From: Trypanosoma brucei
Taxonomy: Eukaryota
NCBI GenBank assembly: GCA_000002445.1
Contig: CP000068.1
Span: 1,312,001-1,376,000, forward strand
Reading direction: 5' to 3'
DNA: 64,000 nt
Shown here piece after piece: positions 23,701-35,736 of this stretch. The translations under genes were made by a program, and so were the position numbers. Below the pieces are notes generated by a model. It made no database searches, was not told the origin of the DNA, and saw nothing but the letters and a program-made list of their open reading frames with translations. The number at the start of each line of letters is the position of its first letter. The stretch's first letter is position 1.

Positions 23701-24449
23701 TGATGAGCACTGCCATGCTCACCGAACCCACATTATTTCTAACATTTGATGCCTTATTTTTTTTTTTTTGGCTTGACAGATCTCGAAACATCTCTATAAT
23801 TTATCTTCTTATTGAAAGCATCCAACATTAGCCCCCTAAACAGACTGAGGGGTCCTTGCCCCATAGAAACAAGTCCTGAATTTTAAAGGGTGAGTTCCTT
23901 GGATACTGTCCCCCATCAGTTTTGGGAATGCCTCACTTGCCTTTACCCGAATGCACCGCGTAAAAATTAGTGGACGTTGTGCATGATGATGACCGTTCTC
24001 TTTTTACACGCGATTGGGTTTTCAATGTACCCAATCACTATGTATGAAGCGTGCCACAACCATGTTTTGGTATCCGCGAATTTTTAACGCACAGCACTCT
24101 TCCGCTGCCAAGTAAGTCTCCTAAAATAGGCAGAAGACTACCATATCCTGGTGAAGCTTCTTCTCTAAGGCGATCCGCTTCGGCTCGGAGAGACCCCCAG
24201 TGTTCCATTGAGCTCCATGAATGACAGGACGAGGATTCCGTTCTACACCTCCCCTAAGTAGTAGTAGAAGCCTATGTATCCCAATCGAAGCGCGCTCGCA
24301 CGTGCGGAGGAGCAGTCTAATATATTTCTTCCCCCCTAAGTGCCGATACTGCTGCTTGCTCCTTCTCTGATCGCCGTCAGCTTCTTGCCCACCAAAATTA
24401 TCTCTGACAGGGTAGAATGCGGGCTATTGGCTTCCTTCTGGACGGAGCA

Positions 24450-24950
24450 CTAGACGCTGGCACCATGATGAGATGGGCGGTGTAGGCAGGGACGTTACTG
24501 TATCAGTTTCCGCGGCTACCCTTCACCCGTGTGCTTTGCGCGGGCGGTCGCTACACCGGCCCTTTTTATGTTATGCATTGACGGCCGGCCTCGGTAGCGC
24601 TCGTTCACTTGCTGCAGTGGAGCCCCGATGTGTTCCGCCGGCGCTGCCTCCAGCTGTGCTGTTACGGTGAAGTGGAGGGGCGCGTGGTTGGGTCGGCTTG
24701 GAGTTTTCGGGGGGTGCGCGCAGCACTTTCTTGTTCTCCGGCTGTGAGTGACTGGTTGGAGTCGGGGTTTTGCGGTGTAGGTATTTGCATAGTTCATCGG
24801 AGGCCCCGCGTGGCTATGGTGACGCGAACCTCTGGGCCCCCTGTCGGTTAGAGCGGTACCGTCTGGGAGGAGCCGCCCGCATTGTCTCGGTGGGGGCAAG
24901 GGCCCCTTCTTAACCACGTCTAAGGAGACGCAGTGGTTACTCGGCCGTCG
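24450..24950. other. GC-rich, G-skewed island inside the strand-switch region
   Basis: The local GC content is clearly above that of the surrounding AT/GT-rich sequence (GGGCGGTGTAGGCAGGGACG...GCGCGGGCGGTCGCTACACCGGCCC). ORFs overlap it on both strands (24473-24670 +, 24516-24917 -), which looks like a by-product of the GC richness. It could be a promoter element or an unannotated structured RNA. Confidence 0.4.
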
Positions 24951-27900
24951 CAGGTCGTGTGCCGCTATTGCATTGCTTGTTACTTTGTCCTTTCATGCGG
25001 TGAGAGGTGGATAATGCTACGCCTTACGGTGGGGTGTCGCTGCTTCGGAAGTCTATTCTGTTGATTGTTGTCGACGACTCAGCGAGTGGGCGTTTATTGT
25101 CGAAACATAAAGTGACTCTGCTGTCAGTGCTTCTGCTCGTGTATTTGCCGTTTCAGGTATGGTAACAGATGGAACTGACTGTCATATTCCCGCGTCAGGG
25201 GAACAAGCTGTAACTTCGCGTTCGGGCGCTGTATTCCATGTTTTAGTTGTCGTAACATGTTTGTATATGCTTGTATGTGTTACGTGTTCATCATTCAGGT
25301 TTCGCCTCGAACCATCGGTTGCTGTCTAGGGGTCGCATCTCCGCTTTACTCGACAACTCTCTATTGTTCGGTAGCAAAGAGTGGACTGGGATGGTCTTCG
25401 TGATCGGGCTGTTAATTGCTTAGGCACGCCTCGAAGTTACAGCAGACGAGATAGTGAGATGAGGTGTGTGTGCTGTGTCTTACTGATGTGTGCAAGGGAT
25501 TTGTGCTAAACAAAAAAATATATGTACTAATTCAGGTAATATTACCTACTCGAGCATTGCGATTTGGGTGAGATTGCTGCGGATGAATTTGTTGTCGCAC
25601 TTTACTTGGAGGAGTTTCCGGAAACTGTCTGTTCCAAAGTTGTTTTCTCTGCAGTAAAAGGTGGAGGATCCTTGTACCTACAGGTCCGATGCGGCTGTTC
25701 AGAACGTTTGTAGCCCAATGGGCTTCGTCCAGCAACACAGTGTAGAAACGAATAGCATGTTGTCCCTCCATCTGGTCAACACGAAAGCCATACCCCGCGT
25801 TTCTGCCTCGGTGCTGAGATAGTGCGGTCATGCGTTACGCAATATGAGATATGCCCGTTTTTAAAATTATGAATGTCCTCGATAAGATAATCACTCGATT
25901 GTATCGCTCGTGTGGCCGCTGGCGATGGATGCCAAGATTCCCTACTGGACCTTCAAATAGTAATATAAGAAGCTCACTGGACCGTATTGGGGGCAACGAA
26001 GATATCTTGTATCAGGGAGGATATGGGTTTGTTAACACGCGCGATTTCACAATCCTTCTACCAAACCGAAGCGTCGTGAAGCTGATTTCCCCAAACAACA
26101 GTGGATGATGTTCAACTTAAAGCTCTCTCTGTCTCATTACCGCTATCTGTGTTCAATGAGCGGTGTCATCTGTGCTGTGGCTATGTTACCTGTGTAATCA
26201 TACCACCTGATGGTACGGAGTTCGTACGCACATCCTCATGCTGGATGTACCTGTTGGTATTGGAACGTTTTTGTGACAAATGCAGGGGGGGGCTTGCTAA
26301 ACCTCTATATGATCTCCCTCTCCATGTTACGGGATATTTTTAGATTAATGGTACATGAAAAGTGAGGTAAGAGCCTTTGGAGTTCACAACAAATCGTTTC
26401 TTTCAAAGTTCCAATACTACTTAATTGCATTCCGTAAAAATAAAAATTCGTTTTTCGTATAAACTATTAGGTTTTAGTGTGTGGGTGTGTATGGGGAGAG
26501 CGAAGCATTTTGTGTAGCGACTTTAAGAAAAACTTCAGGTAAATGGGCATACAGTATGTTGGAAAGAGAATATCGGCCTTCGAAAAGGCTCTTCAATAGT
26601 GTTAGTTCTTTCACTCACCTTTTCCTTTGTTGGTAGAACTGGTGATTCCAAGTTGAATAGTTGTAGACGGATGTTTGAAGTGTATTTACATATTCCCTTT
26701 GGAGTTTCTGTGGGTGTGTGAGGTTTCTGGCATTCTGAAACCACACATTAGGTGGTTAATTACGTTAAAGCAGCATCCGGCCGATGCGATTGTCCACCAC
26801 AGAAATTCTAAGGCGTAATGTGGTGGTGGAGTGTTGGCTGCTAGACGGCGTTTCGGCCTTTGTTTGATGTTTGCAACCTCGTTGGTGTGGGAAAGGGCGT
26901 GTGAGTGACACATATCCCTTGAATTATATATTTTTTGCCGTCCGCATTATCTCCGCTACGCGTTGCATGCACACCCGTGTGGTGTTTATTTTTTTTTATG
27001 TTGTGTTATATAATAATGGTGGTTTCTGACGAGTTTGTTGTTTGTAGTGTGACCCTTAATTTTTCTTAGATCACGATTTTTTGACAACATTCCGAAGAAC
27101 AATTACTCCCTTACCGCACATACTTCATTACTGATTGAATCCACTCCAAGCTATCAAAACGATACGCAAATATGTGTGTGGAATTTGTTTTGTGTGTTGT
27201 GGCTTTCTGCGGTGTCAGGTTCACAGGTTTCTAAAACTTCGTTCGTGGGAGCGTTGCGTCGTCAGAAAGTTCGCATTGATCCAAGTGAAGTGTGGGGTTT
27301 TGTTGATGATATGTAGGTTGTATTTTTGGCTCTAACAAATACTACCTTTCATTTTTGTTAGGTATTTGTTCGGCCAATTAAACGACGATGCTATTGCAGT
27401 CTGTACCTCACACCCACTTCTTTACCCCTAGTTGCATTTAAGAGCCCAGTGCTTGTAGACCAGACAACAGGTCCCATTTTGACGAGAAACAAGTCGTTAG
27501 TGATTTTTTTTTGTGTGGGACTACCCGTGAATTTTGGAAGAGAGGATAGTTAATGCCTCACTGTTAGAGTTGGTTCTGTTGCATTCTGGAGCAGCCCTGT
27601 TTTGTCAATTCTTCCATTTCCTTCCTGCAGTTATCGTTTTTGTCTGTTCAATTATCCGACGCAGCTGTTCGTTCACGGTCCTTCAATATATAAATATATA
27701 TATATGAAGTAACATACTTTTGAGGATGTACTTTGCTGCTTCGAATCATCTGCATGTTAGGCATGCTTTTTCACATGTTCTCTATTTCGTTCGTGGAGGA
27801 ACGAAGCTACCTTTTCCTCTTTAGCAGCACAGTTCAAAGCCAAGTGAGAAAATACGCATTAAAATACAAAACCCATTAGAAAGCAGCTGAAAACGAAAAG

Positions 27901-29100
27901 TACACCTTTGTGCCTCTGCTGATGGTCACATTATTCTTCACATTTACTGATAGTTCAATTTTATTATTGTGGTGTGATTGCAGGTGAAGCACCCCTTCAA
28001 GCCATTTTATGAGTGATTACACGGAAAAAAACATTATTAACACCAAATTGAGGGAAAAACCTGTGTGTGCCGTACCCTTCAGTGGCTGTACCATCCACTC
28101 TTGATTTGGTAGTGTAGTGGGTATAAAAAGAGTATTTATGACTAATTTCCACTCAACGTATTTCTTGGGTGGTTAAATTTATTTATTTTTCTTTGGACTG
28201 TATTTGTGGCTTCACGTCAATCTTTATTTTTAGCAGAGGACGCAACGAGAACTTGGTCTGGTTCGGAAGAAGATGTTTTTCTCCTACTTGTGGCTGTGCT
28301 TTTTGAGATATTGAAGTTTTTTCTTTTCAAAGATTGAGATGAGGAAATTTATTGCAAACAATGTTTAACATTCTGAAAGGTTATTTTGTTCATCTTTCCG
28401 GAAAGGGGAAGAGTGATTTTGGCCCTTAATCGACCGTGCTTGTGCTCCCAATGGGCGGATGATAGCAAAAATAAGAGACTTATGTTAAGAAATCATGAGA
28501 GGTGGTTCGAAGAAGAAGTTGAAAGTGACTAACTCATTTAAACGATGGAGCTGCTACACATCCTCTCATATCATGTTTTGTAGATGTCAGAGGGTGCATG
28601 TTACTTGATAGAACGTGAATACACTGAAACCTTTAAGCTTCTGTTTGAGGCATCGGAGAACGGCGTGGTTATAGGATCCTCTGTAATTCGCGGGGTACCA
28701 GTAACAAAAACGTTCGGTTCCATTGCCTCAAGCTTGTTACATACAATACTCGAATACCATTTCAAGGAAGTAAATGCCTCACTTGTCAAAATATACTTCG
28801 TGTTGAACCTTTTCCCTTTCCCCTTGGTGGATGCTTGTTCTTCAAAAGGGATATCGCGGGACGTATGCTTGGTTTTATGTTAGTTTGTGCGGTGTACGGA
28901 AATATCTAATATGGAATATGTCGCCCTCTTTGGCATTGTTCCCATTGTTATTTTGTTTACGCGGTTGCGCATTTTGTCTGATTCCTTGTCAACCTTAGTA
29001 CTGTATTTTCCTTTAGTTCCTGCAGCAACATTTGTGTGTGTGTGTGTGTGTGGCATTGATTCATTATGGTACACTGTGTGTTGGTTGAGCATTCTTCGTT

Positions 29101-29150
29101 TTAGTTGGTGTCTGCGTTTTGTTTGGGATTGTTTACTTTGTTCTTTGTAG
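29101..29150 (+). promoter_or_regulatory. polypyrimidine tract with AG; candidate trans-splice acceptor region for the first GRESAG4 copy
   Basis: ttgtttgggattgtttactttgttctttgtAG lies about 50 bp upstream of the ORF. The same element is present upstream of copy 2 at about 35636-35685. This is the usual kinetoplastid SL-addition signal architecture. Confidence 0.45.
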
Positions 29151-29201
29151 GACGTTTAGTTTACCTGTTTCACTAGCAGTACCGGCCAAAGTTTCCAAAT
29201 T

Positions 29202-32200
29202 ATGATTTCCATTCATCAGTCGATTCTCTTCGGTCGCGATGTTTCACGGGTCCGCATGGAGAATAGTCCCGTGCCGTGTATCAACCAGTTTCGCTGCCGC
29301 CTTACCATGTCATCGTTGTCGCTACTTTTGGTGTTTCTTGTGGTGGTTATGCCGCCGGTGGAAGCTTTGGATAATATAACGGTAAAGGTTTACTCACTTC
29401 TGTATCACCCTTTTGTTGGGAGGAGACTAATCGATTCTATGAATGCCGGTTTCAACGCGTCAATGGCAGCCCGTCAATGGACCGTTGCCCCAGGCATCAA
29501 TGTTGAAGTTATCCACCCTGCATCGTATAGAATTCCGGGTCCGAGGTTCTTGCAGAGGGCAATAAATGATAACAAGGATGAATTCTTTGTTGTGGTGGGA
29601 CCGATGGGTGACGGTCAGTTGGCTGCCTCTCGTTCATTCTTGCAGAAGGAAAATTTGGTTGCATTTGCTCCATCCACTGGGGCAAGCTCTGTGCGCGGTT
29701 GGAGTCCCAACATCTACTTCCTGCGTGTGTCACCCACTGTCGAGCTTATTGCATTGATGCGTTTTGCTGTAACTCACCTGCGTTTACTACGGATCGGCTT
29801 CATGTACCTGCAGGGTCTCACCTTTGGGGATAGTGAATATGAGGTGGCCATAAAACTAATGTCTCATTTGGGACGCGAGTTATGTGGTGTTTTCACAGTG
29901 GCAAGCTCGCATGGCAAAGGTGCAGCTGACTCCGATTTTGATGCCGTGTGGGACAAGTTCGTGGTGACCCGTCCACAGGGTGTGATCATGTTTGCTCCAC
30001 CAGCAAAAGATGTGGTAAGATTTGTAGTAAAGATGCTGAATGACAGTCGTACCCAAGACGCCTACTTTCTTGCTTCTTCGGTACTCGAATTGACAATTGC
30101 CTCTTGGAGCGGCAATATTGAGGCAGCCAATACAGCACTTGATCTCGGGCAGATTGTGCTCTCGCGCACGAATCCGCTGGCGACGGACACACAATACCAA
30201 GCAATCAGGCGTTTTCAGGACGATGCGAGATCATACCTGAGTGCTAATCCGGGCGTAACTCTCTTCAGCGGCGCAGACGACTTCGAGCATCATTATGTGG
30301 ATGGGAAGCTTATGGTGTATGGGTGGATCGTTGGTGAGGTGCTGTCACAGGCCCTGAGGAGTCGTGCCTGGATTAAGGACAGGGAGACCTTCAAGAAGTC
30401 TCTGTATAGTCAACGTCGGTACGTCGTCGATGAGCTTGTGTTTGGTGACTTTGGTGGTGAGTGTGAGGGTACAGCAGGTAAGCGCGGTGCTGTGTGTAAC
30501 TGTAATCAGGGAGGAAACGTAGTGTACATCAACGTTGCTAGGAGGGATAATGTCTTGGAGGTGATACATGATGGACAGGTAGTTGTCGATTCATCACTCT
30601 GTTACCACGACGAGGTTCGGTTGCATTCCCCTGTGAATGGTTTATTGGTATTCATGCAGGATGATCCGGTTGCGCAAAATGCGGCTGAGGAAATATATGA
30701 TGGCGCCATTCCTCTCACTGGTGATGGCCGTCTGGGGCGAACTGATCGTTTTTTCTTACATATGCTGACATCAGAAACGGCTGAAGCATCCTCAGAGTTA
30801 GAGTCAGAATTGGGCACCAGGGCAGTGACGGCTGTGTTTGGAGTTGCCGATGATGCTATGCTATCCCTACAAACTACTGCTTTCATTGACCCCATCTCTC
30901 TCCTCCCGGGGTTACCTCATAGAGGGAGGAAAGTTATTTACCTATCTCCGACACTGGAGCAGCAGCTATTCGCGCTGGTAAAATATTTTGTCGGGTCAGG
31001 TTCTACGGTAGTGCACGCTGTCGTCTGCCGTGGTGATGTGGTTTCGATTGAAAGATTGCTTTATCTGATGTTGATGACTTTTGGCGGGCACATGGGAACA
31101 GTGGTAGGGCCTGATAGCAGTACAGATCTGGAAGGTTCGATGCCAGAAACCGGTGATGTGCTTGTCATAGGCCTGTCCAAGGACGACGTTGCCGTGGTAG
31201 CGTCTCACCTGGATCGTAACCCGGATGTTCGTGTCGCTGTCCTGTTCTTTGACGTAGCCCTACTATACATTGAGTTTGTCAAAGCTTTCAAGAGCAGTTC
31301 AAGCGGTGGTCGGCTTCTTTTTGCAACGAGTCTGCCTCACTGGGCAGAGGCTAACTCGACTTCGGCTACTGTACAGAAGTTTCACGCGGCAGTGCCTGAT
31401 TCGCCACGGTGGACACCTTTGTCACTGCTTGGTTTCGCGACCGGAAGATTCATTCAAACGCTGCTCTTTCATATGGACAAAGTGACACCGGATTCTATAA
31501 TCAATGCAATATATACTCTCTCGGTCGTAAACAGCGACGACATGCGGTATGGTCCGTTCGTGGAGGAGCGATGCCCTTCAACCAAAGATGCGCCGGAGGG
31601 CGGCGACCACTTCTGTGGTAAGAATTATGGTGCGAGGCGACTTTCTGTGTGGTCGATGGACCGTGCGCTGAACGCTTCGGTGGCACCGCTGACATCGGGC
31701 GCAACGCCGTCTTTGGTGTACATAGACCCGTATTCGAAGGTGTTGTCAGGCGGCCGACTTGCCGGTGTCATCGTTGGAGTTCTTTTCATTTTACTGTTGC
31801 TTGTTGCTCTTTTGCTAGTGCTTCTTTGTCTGCGCCGCAGCGCACGCGACAATGACAGCGCGCCCAAGGAGCCAGCGGACCCTGTGACGCTAATTTTTAC
31901 AGATGTAGAAAGCAGTACTGCACAATGGGCAGCACATCCCGAGCTGATGCCCGATGCTGTGGCCGCGCATCACCGTTTGATTCGCTCGCTAATCACCCAC
32001 TACAGGTGTTATGAAGTGAAGACGGTTGGGGACTCATTCATGATCGCGTGCAAGAGTGCATTTGCCGCATCGAGTCTTGCCCAAGGCCTGCAGCAACGGT
32101 TTTTGTCTGCAGACTGGGGAACCAGTGCCTTCGACGAGTCCTATCGTGAGTTTGAGCAGCAGCGTGCAGATGACGACAATGAATACAAACCGCCGTCCGC

Positions 32201-32933
32201 GCGCCTCGACCCCGAAGTGTACCGGTCTCTCTGGAAAGGTCTACGCGTACGTATCGGGATACACACCGGACTGTGCGAAATCCGACAAGATGAAGTGACG
32301 AAGGGCTACGACTACTACGGGAAGGTGACAGACATGGCCGCGCGGACGGAGAGCGTTGCGAACGGTGGCCAGGTAGTACTGACGCAAGCAACGTACTTTG
32401 CACTGAGCACAGCAGAGCGTGAACAGTTCGATGTGGTCTCCCTTGGCCGCATACCACTTGCTGGTGCGCCCCAACCTATGGAAGTATACCAGTTGAACGC
32501 GGTGCCCGGCCGTACCTTCGCTGCTCTTCGCCTTGACCGCGAGTTTGGCGACGACTTTGAAGATAGAATGAGTACCTCCACTGGAGACTCGAGTTCTCTC
32601 CGTAGCGGGATGAATGGAACAACGCAGATGATTGCAAGTTGCCTGCAGGCTGTGCTAGGCACTTTCACTGCAGCACAGCGACAGAAACTGCTGGTGCCTT
32701 TGTGCGAACGGTGGCGTGTCACGCTTCCCAGGACCGCACAGCTAACATGGGACGAGGGCTTTTGTGAAGATGTGATTCGTCGGATTTCAGTCAAGGTCGG
32801 TCGTGTCGTTGACCTCTGTGCAAACAGCGGTGGTGAGCGTACCGTCAGTACGCTGAGAAGTGCGTCTGTGATTATAATGTCGAACCGGCTTCGGGAATTT
32901 GAGGCAGAGGCAACCCAGAGCCCTGAAGCTTAG
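29202..32933 (+). CDS. GRESAG4: Receptor-type adenylate cyclase (GRESAG4 family), copy 1
   Basis: The 1243-aa ORF has a probable signal peptide (MSSLSLLLVFLVVVMPPVEA; the true start is likely at about 29307). It has a large extracellular domain and a single TM (LAGVIVGVLFILLLLVALLLVLLCL). The C-terminal class III cyclase catalytic domain carries LIFTDVESST, KTVGDSFMIA, GLRVRIGIHTG and YYGKVTDMAARTESVANGGQVV. Confidence 0.9.
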   Translation: MISIHQSILFGRDVSRVRMENSPVPCINQFRCRLTMSSLSLLLVFLVVVMPPVEALDNITVKVYSLLYHPFVGRRLIDSMNAGFNASMAARQWTVAPGINVEVIHPASYRIPGPRFLQRAINDNKDEFFVVVGPMGDGQLAASRSFLQKENLVAFAPSTGASSVRGWSPNIYFLRVSPTVELIALMRFAVTHLRLLRIGFMYLQGLTFGDSEYEVAIKLMSHLGRELCGVFTVASSHGKGAADSDFDAVWDKFVVTRPQGVIMFAPPAKDVVRFVVKMLNDSRTQDAYFLASSVLELTIASWSGNIEAANTALDLGQIVLSRTNPLATDTQYQAIRRFQDDARSYLSANPGVTLFSGADDFEHHYVDGKLMVYGWIVGEVLSQALRSRAWIKDRETFKKSLYSQRRYVVDELVFGDFGGECEGTAGKRGAVCNCNQGGNVVYINVARRDNVLEVIHDGQVVVDSSLCYHDEVRLHSPVNGLLVFMQDDPVAQNAAEEIYDGAIPLTGDGRLGRTDRFFLHMLTSETAEASSELESELGTRAVTAVFGVADDAMLSLQTTAFIDPISLLPGLPHRGRKVIYLSPTLEQQLFALVKYFVGSGSTVVHAVVCRGDVVSIERLLYLMLMTFGGHMGTVVGPDSSTDLEGSMPETGDVLVIGLSKDDVAVVASHLDRNPDVRVAVLFFDVALLYIEFVKAFKSSSSGGRLLFATSLPHWAEANSTSATVQKFHAAVPDSPRWTPLSLLGFATGRFIQTLLFHMDKVTPDSIINAIYTLSVVNSDDMRYGPFVEERCPSTKDAPEGGDHFCGKNYGARRLSVWSMDRALNASVAPLTSGATPSLVYIDPYSKVLSGGRLAGVIVGVLFILLLLVALLLVLLCLRRSARDNDSAPKEPADPVTLIFTDVESSTAQWAAHPELMPDAVAAHHRLIRSLITHYRCYEVKTVGDSFMIACKSAFAASSLAQGLQQRFLSADWGTSAFDESYREFEQQRADDDNEYKPPSARLDPEVYRSLWKGLRVRIGIHTGLCEIRQDEVTKGYDYYGKVTDMAARTESVANGGQVVLTQATYFALSTAEREQFDVVSLGRIPLAGAPQPMEVYQLNAVPGRTFAALRLDREFGDDFEDRMSTSTGDSSSLRSGMNGTTQMIASCLQAVLGTFTAAQRQKLLVPLCERWRVTLPRTAQLTWDEGFCEDVIRRISVKVGRVVDLCANSGGERTVSTLRSASVIIMSNRLREFEAEATQSPEA

Positions 32934-35736
32934 CGAAATAATGCACACTGCAGTTTTCTTTGTCTCACTTGGTTTTCCACTTTTCGTGTATATACACATA
33001 GCTTATTACATTCGCAATGCGCAATAGTTGACTAGTTGTTTCATCTACAATTTGTATACTCATACCTTAAATGGGGGCAGGGACATGTACCCGCCTCTTC
33101 TTGATTTCTTATTAACTGATTCACTTCTTTTCTGTCTATTTTATTTTCGACGTGGCAATGAGCAAATGTGTCTAGTCCCGTTCCTTCTTCCTTTCTTTTT
33201 TTCGTGAAGAATGCTGAAGCGGCAAGCAACCTCGTCAGGGTATTTGCTGGTTTTCGGTTCTGTTCTTCCGTAATCGTTTTCCCTCTCTATCCGTTGTGGC
33301 ATGTTTACTGGGAAGATGTTCAACTCCTTTCTCTAACGTTCCCCCGTCGCCACCGCTTCTCATCTACCTTTGATTTTTTTATTTTTTGGAGCAGGTGTTG
33401 CTAATAGTATGCGTGTTCGAGATCTGTCATTATTATTGTTATTATCATCACTGCTTTGTTGATTCCTGTTTGTAATCCCACTGCATTGTGACGCAATATC
33501 TCCAACTGAACCTTTGCAAGTGTCCATGCAACACCGTCGTGTTTGCTTCTGCATCCGACTGTTTTACCTCACCTGTTACTCCTTTCTTTCTTTTGGGGTT
33601 GTCAGTTATTAGTGGGGCGATGCCGCTCGTGGCCGTTGTAGCGTTGTTTTTTTTTCCTATGCCGCATGTACCTCCATAACGTCCCTAGTGGTTCAAAGGT
33701 ACGGTAAACTGATCCTGTCCATCAGAGGAGAGGGGAGAGCGAGGTGTGGTTGCTGCTTGAACCGCTGCACATAAATTACCAGTGAGGCGCATAAATATCG
33801 GGGTGATGACACTCCGTGTTGCGTGTGCATATGTCACTTTTGTTGGCTTCTGCTTGCGTGAACTCACAAGGAACCGCTGCTGTTTTCATCCCGGTTGTGG
33901 CGTCTGGTGTGTTACCTCCTCCTTTTTTTTATTTTTGCAGGGGGGTGGGTGCCACTACACGGCAGCTCTCGTCCATTGGTCTGTAGTTGTGCGATTTTAT
34001 TTGATATTCGCTGCGGTTGTGGTGCTGTCAGCACTGCTATTGGCAGGTAACAAAACGTTAGGTGCGCATTCTTCCTCTATGAGATCAAAAAGTTGTTTAC
34101 TACAGTATTTTGAATTTTGGGGGAGTGGGGAGAGGTACGTAAGGCAAATAAAAGAAAAGTGAGTTATTGGTAATTTAAGTCTCGCTGGTCCAATGTGTTG
34201 GGGTTCTCAGTTTATCTCTTTCTGTGGTATCTAGGTGTTAATAACAACAGAAGAGGGTTATCAAGAAAACAGGCTGACGTCACCACTATGAACACTCCCT
34301 TCACTTTAATGCAGGCACTGCATGGAAAGGTTAAAAGTATGGAGGGAATTTGTTTATTAATCCCACTGTACTGTGTTGGTGGATGAATTGTGAAAAACAT
34401 TATGCGTGTTCTTACCTTTTTTTGCTGACTCTCACAATTCCGTGCGGTGCAGTGGAGTTCATTACGATTGATGAGACAGCTTAATGCTAAATGATCTTAT
34501 CATAAAATGTTATAATTTCATTTTTTTTTCGTTTCTCAAATTATAATTTTCATTTTCCATGGAAATATCGTCTTTTTTTGTTTAAAAAAAATGAAGCAAA
34601 TGTTATAACATCCTGCTTTATTATTATTGTTGTTGTTGTTTTTGAACCACTGAATCAACGTGTGCCGGATGCTTTGTCATGTGTTTCACATTTTTTTTGG
34701 GGGGGTGGTTAAATTTATTTTTTTTCTTTGGACTGTATTTGTGGCTTCACGTTAATCTTTATTTTTAGCAGAGGACGCAACGAGAACTTGGTCTGGTTCG
34801 GAAGAAGATGTTTTTCTCCTACTTGTGGCTGTGCTTTTTGAGATATTGAAGTTTTTTCTTTTCAAAGATTGAGATGAGGAAATTTATTGCAAACAATGTT
34901 TAACATTCTGAAAGGTTATTTTGTTCATCTTTCCGGAAAGGGGAAGAGTGATTTTGGCCCTTAATCGACCGTGCTTGTGCTCCCAATGGGCGGATGATAG
35001 CAAAAATAAGAGACTTATGTTAAGAAATCATGAGAGGTGGTTCGAAGAAGAAGTTGAAAGTGACTAACTCATTTAAACGATGGAGCTGCTACACATCCTC
35101 TCATATCATGTTTTGTAGATGTCAGAGGGTGCATGTTACTTGATAGAACGTGAATACACTGAAACCTTTAAGCTTCTGTTTGAGGCATCGGAGAACGGCG
35201 TGGTTATAGGATCCTCTGTAATTCGCGGGGTACCAGTAACAAAAACGTTCGGTTCCATTGCCTCAAGCTTGTTACATACAATACTCGAATACCATTTCAA
35301 GGAAGTAAATGCCTCACTTGTCAAAATATACTTCGTGTTGAGCCTTTTCCCTTTCCCCTTGGTGGATGCTTGTTCTTCAAAAGGGATATCGCGGGACGTA
35401 TGCTTGGTTTTATGTTAGTTTGTGCGGTGTACGGAAATATCTAATATGGAATATGTCGCCCTCTTTGGCATTGTTCCCATTGTTATTTTGTTTACACGGT
35501 TGCGCATTTTGTCTGATTCCTTGTCAACCTTAGTACTGTATTTTCCTTTAGTTCCTGCAGCAACATTTGTGTGTGTGTGTGTGTGTGGCATTGATTCATT
35601 ATGGTACACTGTGTGTTGGTTGAGCATTCTTCGTTTTAGTTGGTGTCTGCGTTTTGTTTGGGATTGTTTACTTTGTTCTTTGTAGGACGTTTAGTTTACC
35701 TGTTTCACTAGCAGTACCGGCCAAAGTTTCCAAATT

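Larger units (their letters stand above)
19645..29201. promoter_or_regulatory. Divergent strand-switch region; candidate bidirectional RNA Pol II transcription start region
   Basis: There is no convincing ORF for about 9.5 kb between the start of the minus-strand array and the start of the plus-strand array. The plus strand is C/A-rich (so the minus strand is G/T-rich) around 20.9-21.7 kb. The plus strand is G/T-rich from about 24.4 to 27.5 kb. GC-rich islands sit at about 20950-21550 and 24450-24950. Confidence 0.6.

Noticed and set aside
24473-24917. Overlapping ORFs on both strands in the GC island (65 aa +, 133 aa -, 80 aa +)
   Set aside because: Open frames on both strands with Arg/Pro/Gly/Ala-rich translations are the expected artefact of GC-rich sequence. 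They are not treated as coding.
28584-28883. 99-aa ORF upstream of GRESAG4, duplicated at 35119-35418 with one amino-acid difference
   Set aside because: Conservation between the copies is explained by the whole 6.5 kb unit being duplicated. The ORF overlaps an antisense ORF and has no recognisable domain. It is probably UTR or intergenic.
19645-29201. tRNA, snRNA or 5S genes, which often reside at trypanosome strand-switch regions
   Set aside because: I scanned by eye for the T-loop GGTTCGAATCC, the A-box TRGCNNAGTGG, and 5S or SL RNA sequences. I found no convincing match. This cannot be excluded without tRNAscan-SE or Infernal.
29509-32999. Numerous antisense and alternate-frame ORFs of 60-160 aa inside the GRESAG4, MVP, glycoprotein and coiled-coil genes (for example 32315-32794 -, 46077-46544 -, 11736-12152 +)
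   Set aside because: They are nested within much longer ORFs that carry clear domain signatures. Their translations are low-complexity. This is typical shadow-ORF behaviour in GC-balanced coding DNA.
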